Virus record (IMG/VR): IMGVR_UViG_3300044878_000031
Location: 48,173 to 112,172 of that record
Direction: 5' to 3' (one strand)
DNA length: 64,000 nt
Source of the DNA: a virus
This document shows positions 47,259-56,682 of this stretch, one piece after another. A program made the position numbers and the translations under genes. The first letter of the stretch is position 1; each line of letters starts with the position of its first letter. The notes beneath the pieces are model-generated. The model ran no database searches, was not told the DNA's origin, and saw nothing but the letters and a program-made list of their open reading frames with translations.

Positions 47259-48263
47259 TTAGATATTGGCGAGGGGATACCACTGCTTCACCAGCGAAGA
47301 CAACTGGGCGGAACGGTACTGCGGTGCAATGAGCATCGGCAACTTGAATTGCTCCAGTTGACCTAACAGGACAGTAGCGTGTGGCGAGGCGTAGGTGAAC
47401 ATCTCGAGGTTGTCGATTTGCTCCCCATTGCGATCGTACTTAGCCCAATTAGGGTTGATGTGATTTAAGACGTCTAGCAGCTCCGTGGTGCGCTCTGCGT
47501 ACTGGGCCGGTGTGGTATTGTCGGCGAACTTGTAAAACATCAGGATGCGCTTGCAGGCGTCTGGCATCGCACCTAATACACCCCCTGACGTCAGACCTTC
47601 TCCCATCAGCTTCAAAGCAGAGATATTGCTGGTCAAAACAGCAACAGGATACTTCTCACGGTAGGCGTAGTACTTAACCGAACTGTGACTGGTGGACTTC
47701 ACCGCTTCATCAATCAGGTCTGTAGCACCAGAACGAATAGCGTAGTCGATGATCGTAGAAGCCATGGCTGCTTCTGCTGCCAAGTCGAACACCGAGAACA
47801 TGTCAGACTTACCCGTCAGTTCGCGAGCCAGCCCTGCTAACCCACGTACGTCATCAAGGTTGCCAGACATATACGCTTTCACGCCAGTCTTGGTTGCCCC
47901 CATGATACTGGACACTGTACCTTTCGAAACCCCGAACTTCTCAAAGGTATCGAACATGGTGTTCTGCATACCGCCAGTCAGTGTCTTGATCAGACCGGTA
48001 CTACCCATGCTCTTACCAACACGCAGGAGTACGTCAGTCTTCGACAGTCGCCCACTGCTGAAGGCTTGAACGTCTTTCATCAACGACTTCATGATCGCAG
48101 GATTCTTACGCAGAGTCGCTGCTGCATCAGTACTGAAGTTCTTCAGGACGTCAGGGATATTGTTGAGGGTGACGTTCTGTTTCTGTTTGTAGTGGTCAAC
48201 CGTGAGGAGTGCATCCACCGGTCCCGACTTAAACAGGGAAGTCGCTACTTTACTTGCGGACAT
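47259..48263 (-). CDS. putative virion structural protein
   Basis: GGGAG RBS before MSASK; N-terminal F.SGP.D.L..VD.Y. Confidence 0.7.
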   Translation of the reverse strand: MSASKVATSLFKSGPVDALLTVDHYKQKQNVTLNNIPDVLKNFSTDAAATLRKNPAIMKSLMKDVQAFSSGRLSKTDVLLRVGKSMGSTGLIKTLTGGMQNTMFDTFEKFGVSKGTVSSIMGATKTGVKAYMSGNLDDVRGLAGLARELTGKSDMFSVFDLAAEAAMASTIIDYAIRSGATDLIDEAVKSTSHSSVKYYAYREKYPVAVLTSNISALKLMGEGLTSGGVLGAMPDACKRILMFYKFADNTTPAQYAERTTELLDVLNHINPNWAKYDRNGEQIDNLEMFTYASPHATVLLGQLEQFKLPMLIAPQYRSAQLSSLVKQWYPLANI

Positions 48264-48318
48264 GTTTGGGCTCCCACGAGGCAAAAAAAAAAAGAAGGGT
48301 GTGACCCCTTCTTTCTAG

Positions 48319-48819
48319 TTAAGACTTCCTGAGGAAGGCACGGATCTCTTCGAGGTCTGTAACCAGTCTCCCAGGTCGTTTCGGGGCCACCACCTTACAG
48401 TTGTCTGCGTTGGGGTCCCCATAGTAATAGTAGTGGGTCAGGGGCAGGTCGCTCTCCATAAACATCTTGAAGAGCTTAGGGTTCTGTGTCACCTTTGCAA
48501 TCAACCCTAACCGCATGTGGTAATCGAAATCGTGGTTGAGCACCATGTGGGTTCGACTTAACTCGACGCCACGTTGTTTAGCTTCCACGCCCCAGAGTTG
48601 GCGAAACTCGTCAAACCGTTTCACTTCTCCAGTGGCTTTGTTTTCTTCACCTACCTTTAGGTAATAGTGCAACCCTTCACCCGAAAGGAATTCACCCAGG
48701 ATTGGATGTTTGAACGGTGTCATGGCGAAGTTAGTTAATGCTCTGCCTAGACTCGTACGACCTTTCGAATAGATGTTACAGTGCGTAACACCATCCATCA
48801 TTGGAATCAATTCGATCAT
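48319..48819 (-). CDS. NADAR / T4 gp30.3-like protein
   Basis: NIYSKG...LG..LTNF...PF.....F.S.EG...YLK; start moved to MIELIP. Confidence 0.7.
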   Translation of the reverse strand: MIELIPMMDGVTHCNIYSKGRTSLGRALTNFAMTPFKHPILGEFLSGEGLHYYLKVGEENKATGEVKRFDEFRQLWGVEAKQRGVELSRTHMVLNHDFDYHMRLGLIAKVTQNPKLFKMFMESDLPLTHYYYYGDPNADNCKVVAPKRPGRLVTDLEEIRAFLRKS

Positions 48820-48868
48820 TACATTCTTTTCGGCATAACACCCGCCCCACGACAGGGCGGATGTTGGG

Positions 48869-49342
48869 TTACTTTTTGATGCCGGGTTCCAAAGCTTCCA
48901 GAGCTTTGACCAGCTTCTCGACGGTGACTCCAGTGTGGTGCACTGGAATCTGGGTATCTTCATCTTCAGAGGTTGCTTTGTCCGAGACATGGATGACGGC
49001 CGTGTACTCGGTCTTGACGCCTCCGCGCCACTCAAACTCTAAACGCAAACGTACCTTGTAAGGATTCAAGAATCGAATCGCTTTCTCGAACACACCCCAT
49101 GTCATCGTGGGACGCAAGAGTTCCTTAGAAAGGTTTCCTCGTGCCGACGACATGTCTCGTGAGTTCTGTGGGATACGGTTCCTCGGGTCTTTCAGATAAC
49201 GTAACATGTTCCTGTTCCACAGGTTCATGCCGATCTTCTGTTCTGCGAGGATCTGTCTGAATAACTTACTGAGAGTCCCAGAAGCTTCTTCAGACCTTTT
49301 GGTTGGTGAGCTGAGTACCTGATTGAGATCCTTGTTCTGCAT
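48869..49342 (-). CDS. conserved hypothetical protein
   Basis: L..LFRQIL, RGNL.KEL....MTW..F; GAGG RBS. Confidence 0.7.
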   Translation of the reverse strand: MQNKDLNQVLSSPTKRSEEASGTLSKLFRQILAEQKIGMNLWNRNMLRYLKDPRNRIPQNSRDMSSARGNLSKELLRPTMTWGVFEKAIRFLNPYKVRLRLEFEWRGGVKTEYTAVIHVSDKATSEDEDTQIPVHHTGVTVEKLVKALEALEPGIKK

Positions 49343-49934
49343 ACTGTTGGGCCTCAAGGAAAGCTAAAACTACCGCTTCAGCTTCCCCCATCAAGTGGGT
49401 GAATTGGCGGACATAGTAATCAATGTTTCCTTTTGGATCGGCACTTTCAAACAACATGGCTGTCTGGATATACTCCAGTTGTAATGACAACGCATTATAA
49501 ACCTCCGTAGGTTCTAGTTGATGTCCACGGTCCGTAGACAGATAATCATCCAACACGACTTGCCGCAAATTGCCGGGTAGGTTACGACTCTTTTGGATCT
49601 TCTCGTGAACCAGTGTTCGATCGCGCACTAGACGTGAACACTCATTCAGCAACAGCAGCAAGGCATGTGCTGTTACATGCACTACGTGGACATTGATGCT
49701 AAGGCCGACCAATGGTGTGTACTGGCGCAGTTTCTTAACGTCAACAAGCTTGGCCAACGCAATGCAGTAACGGACGTCTTTCTCAAGAGTTCCGTCCACG
49801 GTGTGGCGTAGCTGCACCGATTCGATTTGTTCCTGCAACGTAGGATTCTTTCGTACCCCACTGAACAGTTTTCTCAAACTAGCTTCAATGGAATAATATA
49901 CATTTGTAATCTTTTTGATCGAGGTTCGGAACAT
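49290..49934 (-). CDS. hypothetical protein (start uncertain)
   Basis: Long ORF filling the region; true start may lie ~60 nt downstream. Confidence 0.6.
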   Translation of the reverse strand: MFRTSIKKITNVYYSIEASLRKLFSGVRKNPTLQEQIESVQLRHTVDGTLEKDVRYCIALAKLVDVKKLRQYTPLVGLSINVHVVHVTAHALLLLLNECSRLVRDRTLVHEKIQKSRNLPGNLRQVVLDDYLSTDRGHQLEPTEVYNALSLQLEYIQTAMLFESADPKGNIDYYVRQFTHLMGEAEAVVLAFLEAQQYAEQGSQSGTQLTNQKV

Positions 49935-50346
49935 GTCTGATGACCTTCTAACAGACGACAATATTTTACGGTTCACCCAGGGCCAGCGCAAGAAGCTCGA
50001 AGCACACCTGTTAGTGAACGGGTGGCCTAAAGATTCGGAAGGGCAAATCCAGTTGATGTCCTTATGGAACGATATGGATCGTCAGGCCCTAGGCAACAAG
50101 CGGATCGGTGCAGCCGAGAAGATGGCTGGTGCGGACCGGATGGTAGCCGGGGTTATTGCCGACGTTATCAAACAGTTTGGTTCCAACCTTCCGTACACGC
50201 GTCCTGAAGGTGGTGGCCTTACGTTTGACCATGCCCCTGAAGGAGCAGAGAAACTCCCGAGAGTCAGCCCAGTACCAGGGGAAATGAGCATCGGGTTGGA
50301 GTCACAGAACTTCGAAAACTTTGTCAAGAAGTTTGAAGACGAATAA
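49933..50346 (+). CDS. conserved hypothetical protein
   Basis: GAGG RBS before MSDDL. Confidence 0.7.
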   Translation: MSDDLLTDDNILRFTQGQRKKLEAHLLVNGWPKDSEGQIQLMSLWNDMDRQALGNKRIGAAEKMAGADRMVAGVIADVIKQFGSNLPYTRPEGGGLTFDHAPEGAEKLPRVSPVPGEMSIGLESQNFENFVKKFEDE

Positions 50347-50384
50347 CTCCATACTATCGAGTTACTCTGTAATTTATAATGCTG

Positions 50385-50419
50385 GGCATAGGGGAGGGCG
50401 AACCCTCCCTTTTATGCCG
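50385..50419. terminator. bidirectional hairpin/TATGCCG element
   Basis: GGGCATA-GGGGAGGG/CCCTCCCT-TTTATGCCG. Confidence 0.75.
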
Positions 50420-51127
50420 TCAGTTCACTGGGCAGAACCAAGCCATCTTCAACAGGTGCAACGTCATGTACGGAGACGAGGTGTGTTCCAGTAACTCGAA
50501 GGGAGACACAACCCCAACACCTTCCACGGTGATGTCTTCTTCCACGAAGTCCTTGACGTACGACATCGCTGGTGCAAACACAGTCACACGAGGAATACCC
50601 TTCTTGTCGAAGTTCTCGTGTTGCTTGGTCATCCAGTAGTTGTAGTCGTAGGTAGCGTACGCAGCGAAGTCAGCATCCAGAAACTCTGGGGTGATCATCT
50701 CTGGTGGCAACCAAGCTTTGAACAGCTTCGCTTGGTGGTTCACAAACACCGAGATATTCGTGAGGTACGCTTCGGTCTCAGCGTCAGTCAACTCGTACGG
50801 CCAGAAGTTGATCGTCAGTTTGAGATCAGTAACCAACGGGGAGTTCATGGCCTGTTCCCCCAACTGACTGAAGATGTGAGTCAACAGTAAATTGAAGTTG
50901 GTAGCCAGAGCCCCACGTAGGACTGTACGATCACGCTCACGCCATTGAGACTGGAACTCAACGTTAGTGACCATACCCTCGGTGTACTTCTCGAAGTCGT
51001 CGCTCAGACGTTCCCAGTAGGCCGGGATCATCATCTTGACAGCAGCACCTGGGTTACACAGACTGAGCGAAGGTAGACGTGTGTCTAACAGTGCATCCAA
51101 GTCTACGAGGATATGTTGTTCACTCAC
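50420..51127 (-). CDS. conserved protein with HAD-like DxD N-terminal motif
   Basis: ILVDLDALLDTR, INFWPY. Confidence 0.7.
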   Translation of the reverse strand: MSEQHILVDLDALLDTRLPSLSLCNPGAAVKMMIPAYWERLSDDFEKYTEGMVTNVEFQSQWRERDRTVLRGALATNFNLLLTHIFSQLGEQAMNSPLVTDLKLTINFWPYELTDAETEAYLTNISVFVNHQAKLFKAWLPPEMITPEFLDADFAAYATYDYNYWMTKQHENFDKKGIPRVTVFAPAMSYVKDFVEEDITVEGVGVVSPFELLEHTSSPYMTLHLLKMAWFCPVN

Positions 51128-51593
51128 CTGTAGCCTCCGGGCGTGCTCCGCCTAACGCTTTGTCCAAGTCCACGAACTCCAGAGCCATCAACATAGCCAG
51201 CCACGGGTAATGGGTCATTTGAGCATACAGGAAGTCACGACTACCCATGCGTTCCAACAACTCGCTACCCACCGGCTCGTCCAACTCAATGGAAGCTTCG
51301 TAGGACAGCGTGACAGCGTGAGACAGACGAGTGATCATCTCGTCCCAGCCTTGCTCTCCAACGAGGAAATGGAACTCCTGAGTCAGGCCCAGAATGAAGT
51401 CAGTCTGTACTTCGTTAGCCCGGATGTGTTCCCAGATCTCTTTGACCTGAACGTCAGCCGCTACTTGGTTGAAGCGGATGTCACTTTGGACAAAAAATAA
51501 AATCTCGAGTACATCGGCTTTTGCTTCGTCAGACAGCAACGAAGTAAAGCGACGCAGAATCGCGTGCTGGAGAATGTCGAGTTGTGGTTGCAT
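51120..51593 (-). CDS. hypothetical protein
   Basis: AAGGA RBS, operon with betaC. Confidence 0.75.
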   Translation of the reverse strand: MQPQLDILQHAILRRFTSLLSDEAKADVLEILFFVQSDIRFNQVAADVQVKEIWEHIRANEVQTDFILGLTQEFHFLVGEQGWDEMITRLSHAVTLSYEASIELDEPVGSELLERMGSRDFLYAQMTHYPWLAMLMALEFVDLDKALGGARPEATGE

Positions 51594-51602
51594 GGAGATT
51601 CC

Positions 51603-52274
51603 TTATTTGTCGAGCGTGTTGTCCAGGTGAATAGTTTTCAGCAACGTCGACAAGGTAGTCACCGATTTAACTTTAGTGCCGAACTGTGACAGGTACTCCA
51701 TGTTCACAGTGCCGTGTTCAATGATTGCACGGTTCATCGCGTTGAACGCTTTGGAGTCACCACCACGGAACTTGATCAGCTCTGTGATAGTGGCATCCAT
51801 CCCCTGAGCAAACAACACCTGAAGTTCTGGGAAGGAGATCTTCGACCCTTTAGAAGGACCGGTAGACTGACCCGACAACTCGTCGATGTGTTTGTTGTTC
51901 TCAGGGATAGTGGATTTGCTTTGCAGCAACTGAACCTGACGGCGCAGCGGTAACTCGATCACCAGATACTTTACAGGAGTCTTGTAGACCTCACCAGTGG
52001 TAGGGTCTGTCAGAATCAGGTGTTCGAAGAACTCGTGTCCCAATTCCTTGGCGATTGCCAGATTGCGCTCGAGATTCAGTTTGTACTTAGACAGGTTCGG
52101 TGTGTTGATGAAGAGCGTTTCCTCACCCGACTCCAACTTGTCCATGAAGGCACCAAACTCTTTATCTGACATAGCAGCCAGACTGGTGCGGTAGAACTCT
52201 GTGTTTGGACTGCCCGGCAGAATCTTGTCGATGTACTTCAAGATCATGTCAGTTGCAGCTTTACGGTTAGCCAT
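51603..52274 (-). CDS. virion RNA polymerase beta subunit, C-terminal part (phiKZ gp149-like)
   Basis: LSGQSTGPSKGSKISFPE and EL.K.RGGD, analogous to beta GGQRFGEME; start moved to MANRK. Confidence 0.85.
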   Translation of the reverse strand: MANRKAATDMILKYIDKILPGSPNTEFYRTSLAAMSDKEFGAFMDKLESGEETLFINTPNLSKYKLNLERNLAIAKELGHEFFEHLILTDPTTGEVYKTPVKYLVIELPLRRQVQLLQSKSTIPENNKHIDELSGQSTGPSKGSKISFPELQVLFAQGMDATITELIKFRGGDSKAFNAMNRAIIEHGTVNMEYLSQFGTKVKSVTTLSTLLKTIHLDNTLDK

Positions 52275-52303
52275 GATGGTCGTCCTAATCAATACCCATA
52301 GGA

Positions 52304-52903
52304 TCAGGTAGTGAGGGCGAACTTCAAATAGGACACACCGTGACTCCAAGCCATTTGCGAGAACACAGAACGCTGTGCGTCAGGACTGAAGAAGGAACTG
52401 CGAGAAGAGAACTCAACAGCATGAGTGGTTTGTTTGAAAGCGTATTCCATAGCTTCCATAGCCAACTCAGGATCACGCGGCAGGTGATAGCTGGAGTGCG
52501 GTAGGCGACGTTTAACGATCACGTAAGCCATGGCCTTGGTGAACTCAGGATCACCTAGGAAACTCACTGTAGCGCCTACACGAGGGTCTTCTGGATTCCA
52601 ACCCAAGTCCATCAGCAAACGAAGTACAGTATTCTCAATGGTTAACATCTCACCGGTGAAGTGAGGACAGTAAACCATCAAGTGCACCACGTTATAGAGC
52701 CCTTGAGTCTGACGGAGGACTTCATCAGAGGGGATAGGTTCGCCACCACGAATGTGAGACAGGACGTCATTACGACGGTCAGTAGTCATACACTCAATGG
52801 CTGCAACTGTGTACGCCTTGAACAACTCGTTAGCCGCATCGTTGTTGTAGACGGTCGACAACGGAGGGTAGAAGCGACTGACGTCTTCCTGTATCTGGTT
52901 CAT
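52304..52903 (-). CDS. hypothetical protein
   Basis: 199-aa ORF in operon. Confidence 0.7.
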   Translation of the reverse strand: MNQIQEDVSRFYPPLSTVYNNDAANELFKAYTVAAIECMTTDRRNDVLSHIRGGEPIPSDEVLRQTQGLYNVVHLMVYCPHFTGEMLTIENTVLRLLMDLGWNPEDPRVGATVSFLGDPEFTKAMAYVIVKRRLPHSSYHLPRDPELAMEAMEYAFKQTTHAVEFSSRSSFFSPDAQRSVFSQMAWSHGVSYLKFALTT

Positions 52904-52907
52904 GGTG

Positions 52908-53213
52908 TTACTTCCAATCAGGTAACCCGTAGGTCACAATAGTCGGAGCAACGTGTTTGCTGAACAAACGTAACCAATCTTTCTCGGTGACGTTATCCAT
53001 CAAGCATTCACGTTCGTTGGTAGTGGAGCAAGGGAGCAGACCCAACTGAGTCCTGAGATAACGATTGAGTTCAAACAACTCGACGGCTGGGTTCGAATGG
53101 GCTTTATAGAACCGAGCGAACTTGACAGCAGCATCGGGACTGAGCTTGTGGAGAACATTGGAAACTGAATCGACTAAAGACATGACAACACCTGTAAAGT
53201 TGTATTTGGACAC
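52908..53213 (-). CDS. conserved hypothetical protein
   Basis: LNRYLR.QLG....TT.ERE; start uncertain. Confidence 0.65.
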   Translation of the reverse strand: MSKYNFTGVVMSLVDSVSNVLHKLSPDAAVKFARFYKAHSNPAVELFELNRYLRTQLGLLPCSTTNERECLMDNVTEKDWLRLFSKHVAPTIVTYGLPDWK

Positions 53214-53302
53214 ATTGCCTATATAGTTCTTGTCCTCCCTAAAGAAATACTAAAGTACAAAAAAATAACCCCAGCAGAACCGGGGTTAAAAGGTGGCGGT
53301 GC

Positions 53303-53689
53303 TCAGCCGCATTTAATGTCGTGTTGCAACTGTTTGATTTCATTGCCGAGTGCTTGATAGTAGTTCGAGTAGTTGACGGCAATGCGAGTAAGCCTGTTGA
53401 GCTGGTGACGATAGCGTAGATCTTGAGCTAGGTATCCCTCAAGGTCAACTTGAATTTCGAGGGCGATGTTTGCCCAGTAGATCATCATGAAGAGATCGTG
53501 ACGCAGGATTGCTGCTAACCCCATGGTCAACAGCGTATCCATGTTCTCATCAGTGTAAGGACAGTTGTTGCGCTGTTGTTGGACAGAGTCGGTCAAGCCT
53601 TTGAGTCGTAGGAACTTCTCTTTGGCTTTACGCATCTCCATGAGTTTACCAGGGAGCAGAACTTGTGCAGCAATAGATTTACGAGACAT
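53303..53689 (-). CDS. hypothetical early protein
   Basis: GGAG RBS within hairpin. Confidence 0.75.
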   Translation of the reverse strand: MSRKSIAAQVLLPGKLMEMRKAKEKFLRLKGLTDSVQQQRNNCPYTDENMDTLLTMGLAAILRHDLFMMIYWANIALEIQVDLEGYLAQDLRYRHQLNRLTRIAVNYSNYYQALGNEIKQLQHDIKCG

Positions 53690-53716
53690 CTTTGTTCTCC
53701 ATAGAACAGTAGCTTA

Positions 53717-53920
53717 TTAAGCGGTGAAGCGACCACGCACACAACGGGCTTCGGAAGCCAGTGCGCGATCCAGTGCAGCAGTTTCCGTGTCCAACATGCT
53801 CAGCAGTACACGGCGGATGCTTTCAGTAGCAGCAACAGCCAGCTCAGCTTTAACCATTGCAACTTTAGCTTTGGCGGCGTCAACGTTGTGGAGGCGGCCA
53901 GTGTGAGTGATAGTAGTCAT
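53717..53920 (-). CDS. small helical early protein
   Basis: GGAG RBS within hairpin. Confidence 0.7.
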   Translation of the reverse strand: MTTITHTGRLHNVDAAKAKVAMVKAELAVAATESIRRVLLSMLDTETAALDRALASEARCVRGRFTA

Positions 53921-53962
53921 TTTGTGTTCTCCATAGAACGAAGTTTAGATTGTTTGTCATGC

Positions 53963-54304
53963 TTAGTGGATCACCGGAACCAAGTCCCAGACCTTGTTGT
54001 CATCCCAGTCTTTGTACAGCTCGACCCGGATAGGCATAGGTAGGTTTTCTGCGTTCAGTTTATTGCCCACTGCTTCACGCGACAGGACCAGCTTGTTGTC
54101 GACGAATTCGATCTTGCACAGGTTTACAGCTTTGCCGTCGATCAGGCCTACAACAGTTTCCCACTCGCCTTCGTGACCGAAGCGAGCTACGTGAGTCAGT
54201 TTTACAGGGCGGCGAGTTGCAGCGTCGATCACTTCACCGTGGTTCAGCAGGAAGGCTTCGATGATCGAGTTGTTACGAGCACGAATGATTTCGATATTGT
54301 TCAT
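53963..54304 (-). CDS. early protein, paralog of C-terminal domain of 9174..10172
   Basis: IRARN, L.HVA.FG, GK, Y.D.D.N..WDLV shared. Confidence 0.8.
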   Translation of the reverse strand: MNNIEIIRARNNSIIEAFLLNHGEVIDAATRRPVKLTHVARFGHEGEWETVVGLIDGKAVNLCKIEFVDNKLVLSREAVGNKLNAENLPMPIRVELYKDWDDNKVWDLVPVIH

Positions 54305-54331
54305 GGTGGTTCTCCCAATGGTATTTTAAGT

Positions 54332-54622
54332 TTATGCAGCAATTGCGCGATCCCACATCTGGTACATCTCGATGGTCTTCTTGTGACCGGTGAGAGTATC
54401 CAACCGACGCTCCTGATCCCGCTTGATGCGAGTCAGGTCGTAGGCGAGGGATTCGGTGTATTCGTCTTTCACGCCTTTGAGACTGTCGAGGGTATCAACG
54501 ATCTCGGCGTACTGTACGTTCTCAGTATTGACCATGCGGTCATGTTCTTTCTGAGCTTGTTCCAACAGTTCCAGAGAAGATTCCCAGAGAGCGTTGGTTA
54601 CGATGATCCAGAACTGATTCAT
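54332..54622 (-). CDS. coiled-coil early protein
   Basis: First gene after early promoter; AGGA RBS. Confidence 0.75.
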   Translation of the reverse strand: MNQFWIIVTNALWESSLELLEQAQKEHDRMVNTENVQYAEIVDTLDSLKGVKDEYTESLAYDLTRIKRDQERRLDTLTGHKKTIEMYQMWDRAIAA

Positions 54623-54652
54623 ACTGCTTTCCTACTGAGGTCGGATAGATTA

Positions 54653-54719
54653 GATGAACAAGATTTAGTATCCTATTCACTGGAGTAATATGTATCTGAG
54701 ATTTTTTTATTTCGACTTT
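54653..54719 (-). repeat. early promoter + 5' leader hairpin cassette, copy 2
   Basis: 60/67 identical to 10204-10270; CATATTAC core. Confidence 0.85.
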
Positions 54720-54757
54720 GCGGCATAAAAGCCTAGGGGACCGAAATCCCCTAGGAC

Positions 54758-55009
54758 TTAGCGTTGTCGGAAGTAGAACGCTTGGTAGATGCCTTCACCA
54801 CCGTACCAGACCAAACAACCTGTGGTCCGATCCTGCTTGATGAACTTCCACCGTTGTCCCGTACGCTTACAGATACCACCGTTCCAGGTCCACCGCTCGT
54901 CAACCCAGACCGCTACCACAATCAATAACATCAGACCCAGCAACACAGGGCCCAAATGCTTTATCACGTCTAACAACCAGCTAAGGATTACAATTGGCTC
55001 CGCTACCAT
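54758..55009 (-). CDS. small membrane-anchored protein
   Basis: One TM segment, then WNGGIC..TG..W motif. Confidence 0.65.
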   Translation of the reverse strand: MVAEPIVILSWLLDVIKHLGPVLLGLMLLIVVAVWVDERWTWNGGICKRTGQRWKFIKQDRTTGCLVWYGGEGIYQAFYFRQR

Positions 55010-55169
55010 ATCGAGTTACCCTTGTAGCGAGTTTAAGAAGTCCATTCAAACCAATGTTCGTACCGCGCAGTTTAGTTTGTTGGATGTTGGCACGACGGTC
55101 TTCTGTGACGATTTCGAAACACTTGTCACGGAGATCCATGCGTTTCTGTGTACCTGAACGTAGATCCAT
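54981..55169 (-). CDS. small hypothetical protein
   Basis: TAATG-coupled to uvsX stop (MDLRSG...). Confidence 0.55.
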   Translation of the reverse strand: MDLRSGTQKRMDLRDKCFEIVTEDRRANIQQTKLRGTNIGLNGLLKLATRVTRYGSGANCNP

Positions 55170-56569
55170 TACGCAGCCTTCTTCGTCGGTGTGTACCAGT
55201 AAGGCGTGTACTCGCCCTTGGCCATGCGCAGCAGATCGAGAGTGGACAAGAAGTTCTTCGGATTGTTGTTCTCCTCGAAGTCCCAGTAGCCACGAGTGTC
55301 CAGGATCTCGTCCCAGTCGTAGCCCAGCTCTTTGATCTTGGCGTACAGGTCTTTCGGGTCCATCAGGTAGCCACGGGCTTGAATGAAGCCGAGGTTTTCC
55401 ATCTGGCACATCTCAGACGTGATTTCCATTGCTCGTTGCAAACGAGGGTTATCACGAATCTTCCCACGGACCGTAGTACGCTGCATAGCGATGTCAGGAC
55501 ACAGTTCCATGAAGTACGCACGATCGTGACCACCAATCCCGTACTTGAAGAACTTGCAGTAGTTGAACTCAGTCATCCCTACCAGCAGACCTTCACGCTG
55601 AGAGTAGATCACTTCGAACGGCATCCCGGTAGGACCGGACTTGGCCCGCAGGTTCTGGAGAACCAACAAGTTCAGGTCGGTGTCACCTTTCAGATCGTCC
55701 TCAGGGCTCGCTGGGAACTCTGGCCCTTTGGTGGTCTGGTTCTGGAGTACCGACACGCTGTTACAGTACCACAGGTTGTTCGTGAGGAAGGTGAACTTCT
55801 CAGGAACGTTCTTGAAGACGTTCTTGCCTTTGAGGAAAGCAAGCTTCTTCGGATCTGGAGCGTACTGGTCAAGCTGGTGTTTGTCACCGACGTGAGCAGT
55901 TGCAATCACGAGGTTGTTAGCACCGGCAGTCAGGTTCGGCATCTGCATCAACATCTGCGTCTTCGCAGCAGCAGAGCGCAGGGCGTCAGTGTTGGCACCC
56001 GAGTCACCGATCTCGTTCTTGTCGTAGATACCTTCGACGGAGTCAGTGATGAACATACTGAGGGAATCGATCTCGAACAAGTGCGGCATGATGCACTTGA
56101 TGAACTCGCCCTTGTTGTCGATGAAAGGCATGGTCTTCAACAGAGACTTCTGCTCTTTCTTCTTCATGTTCGACATGTCGCGGAATTTGTCGAACCACTT
56201 GTTACCCGACACCATAGTCGAGTCAGTGAGAACCAGCTTCTTCAGCTCAGCCAGATCTTCACCCATCAGTTCAGGGAACTGCATGGCCAACTGGTACAGG
56301 CGCTCCAACGTCATCGAAGTTTCGGTGTCGTAGAAGTTAGCACGAGCCAGATAGCGAGCCATGATCCGCAGAATCATGAAGTGGGCAATCAGTGACTTAC
56401 CCATGTTGCCCCGACCAGCGATACCTGTGAACGGAGCCAATCCACCACACAGGATCATTTCCCCACGCTTGCCTTTATAGTAGCGTCCGGTGGGGATGTC
56501 GAACAGGCAGCCCAAGTTAAAGAAAGGGCGCAGGCGCGGAGCCTGTTCGAAAAAGTCGTCTAATTCCAT
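55169..56569 (-). CDS. uvsX: UvsX/RecA-like recombinase (phiKZ gp152-like)
   Basis: Walker A GRGNMGKS, YDTE, Walker B EIDS, R.KSGP.G. Confidence 0.9.
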   Translation of the reverse strand: MELDDFFEQAPRLRPFFNLGCLFDIPTGRYYKGKRGEMILCGGLAPFTGIAGRGNMGKSLIAHFMILRIMARYLARANFYDTETSMTLERLYQLAMQFPELMGEDLAELKKLVLTDSTMVSGNKWFDKFRDMSNMKKKEQKSLLKTMPFIDNKGEFIKCIMPHLFEIDSLSMFITDSVEGIYDKNEIGDSGANTDALRSAAAKTQMLMQMPNLTAGANNLVIATAHVGDKHQLDQYAPDPKKLAFLKGKNVFKNVPEKFTFLTNNLWYCNSVSVLQNQTTKGPEFPASPEDDLKGDTDLNLLVLQNLRAKSGPTGMPFEVIYSQREGLLVGMTEFNYCKFFKYGIGGHDRAYFMELCPDIAMQRTTVRGKIRDNPRLQRAMEITSEMCQMENLGFIQARGYLMDPKDLYAKIKELGYDWDEILDTRGYWDFEENNNPKNFLSTLDLLRMAKGEYTPYWYTPTKKAA

Positions 56570-56607
56570 GTTTTACTCACTAATGTGAAATTGTGGATAC
56601 GGTTAAA

Positions 56608-56640
56608 CTCAATAGATACGTCCCGTGAGTTTAATTTTAT
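56608..56640 (-). promoter_or_regulatory. putative promoter of uvsX
   Basis: ATAAAATTAAA...ATCTATTGAG. Confidence 0.55.
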
Positions 56641-56682
56641 GTGTCTTTGCTCTAACGAGCTTTCCCCACCTAAGGTGACCCA

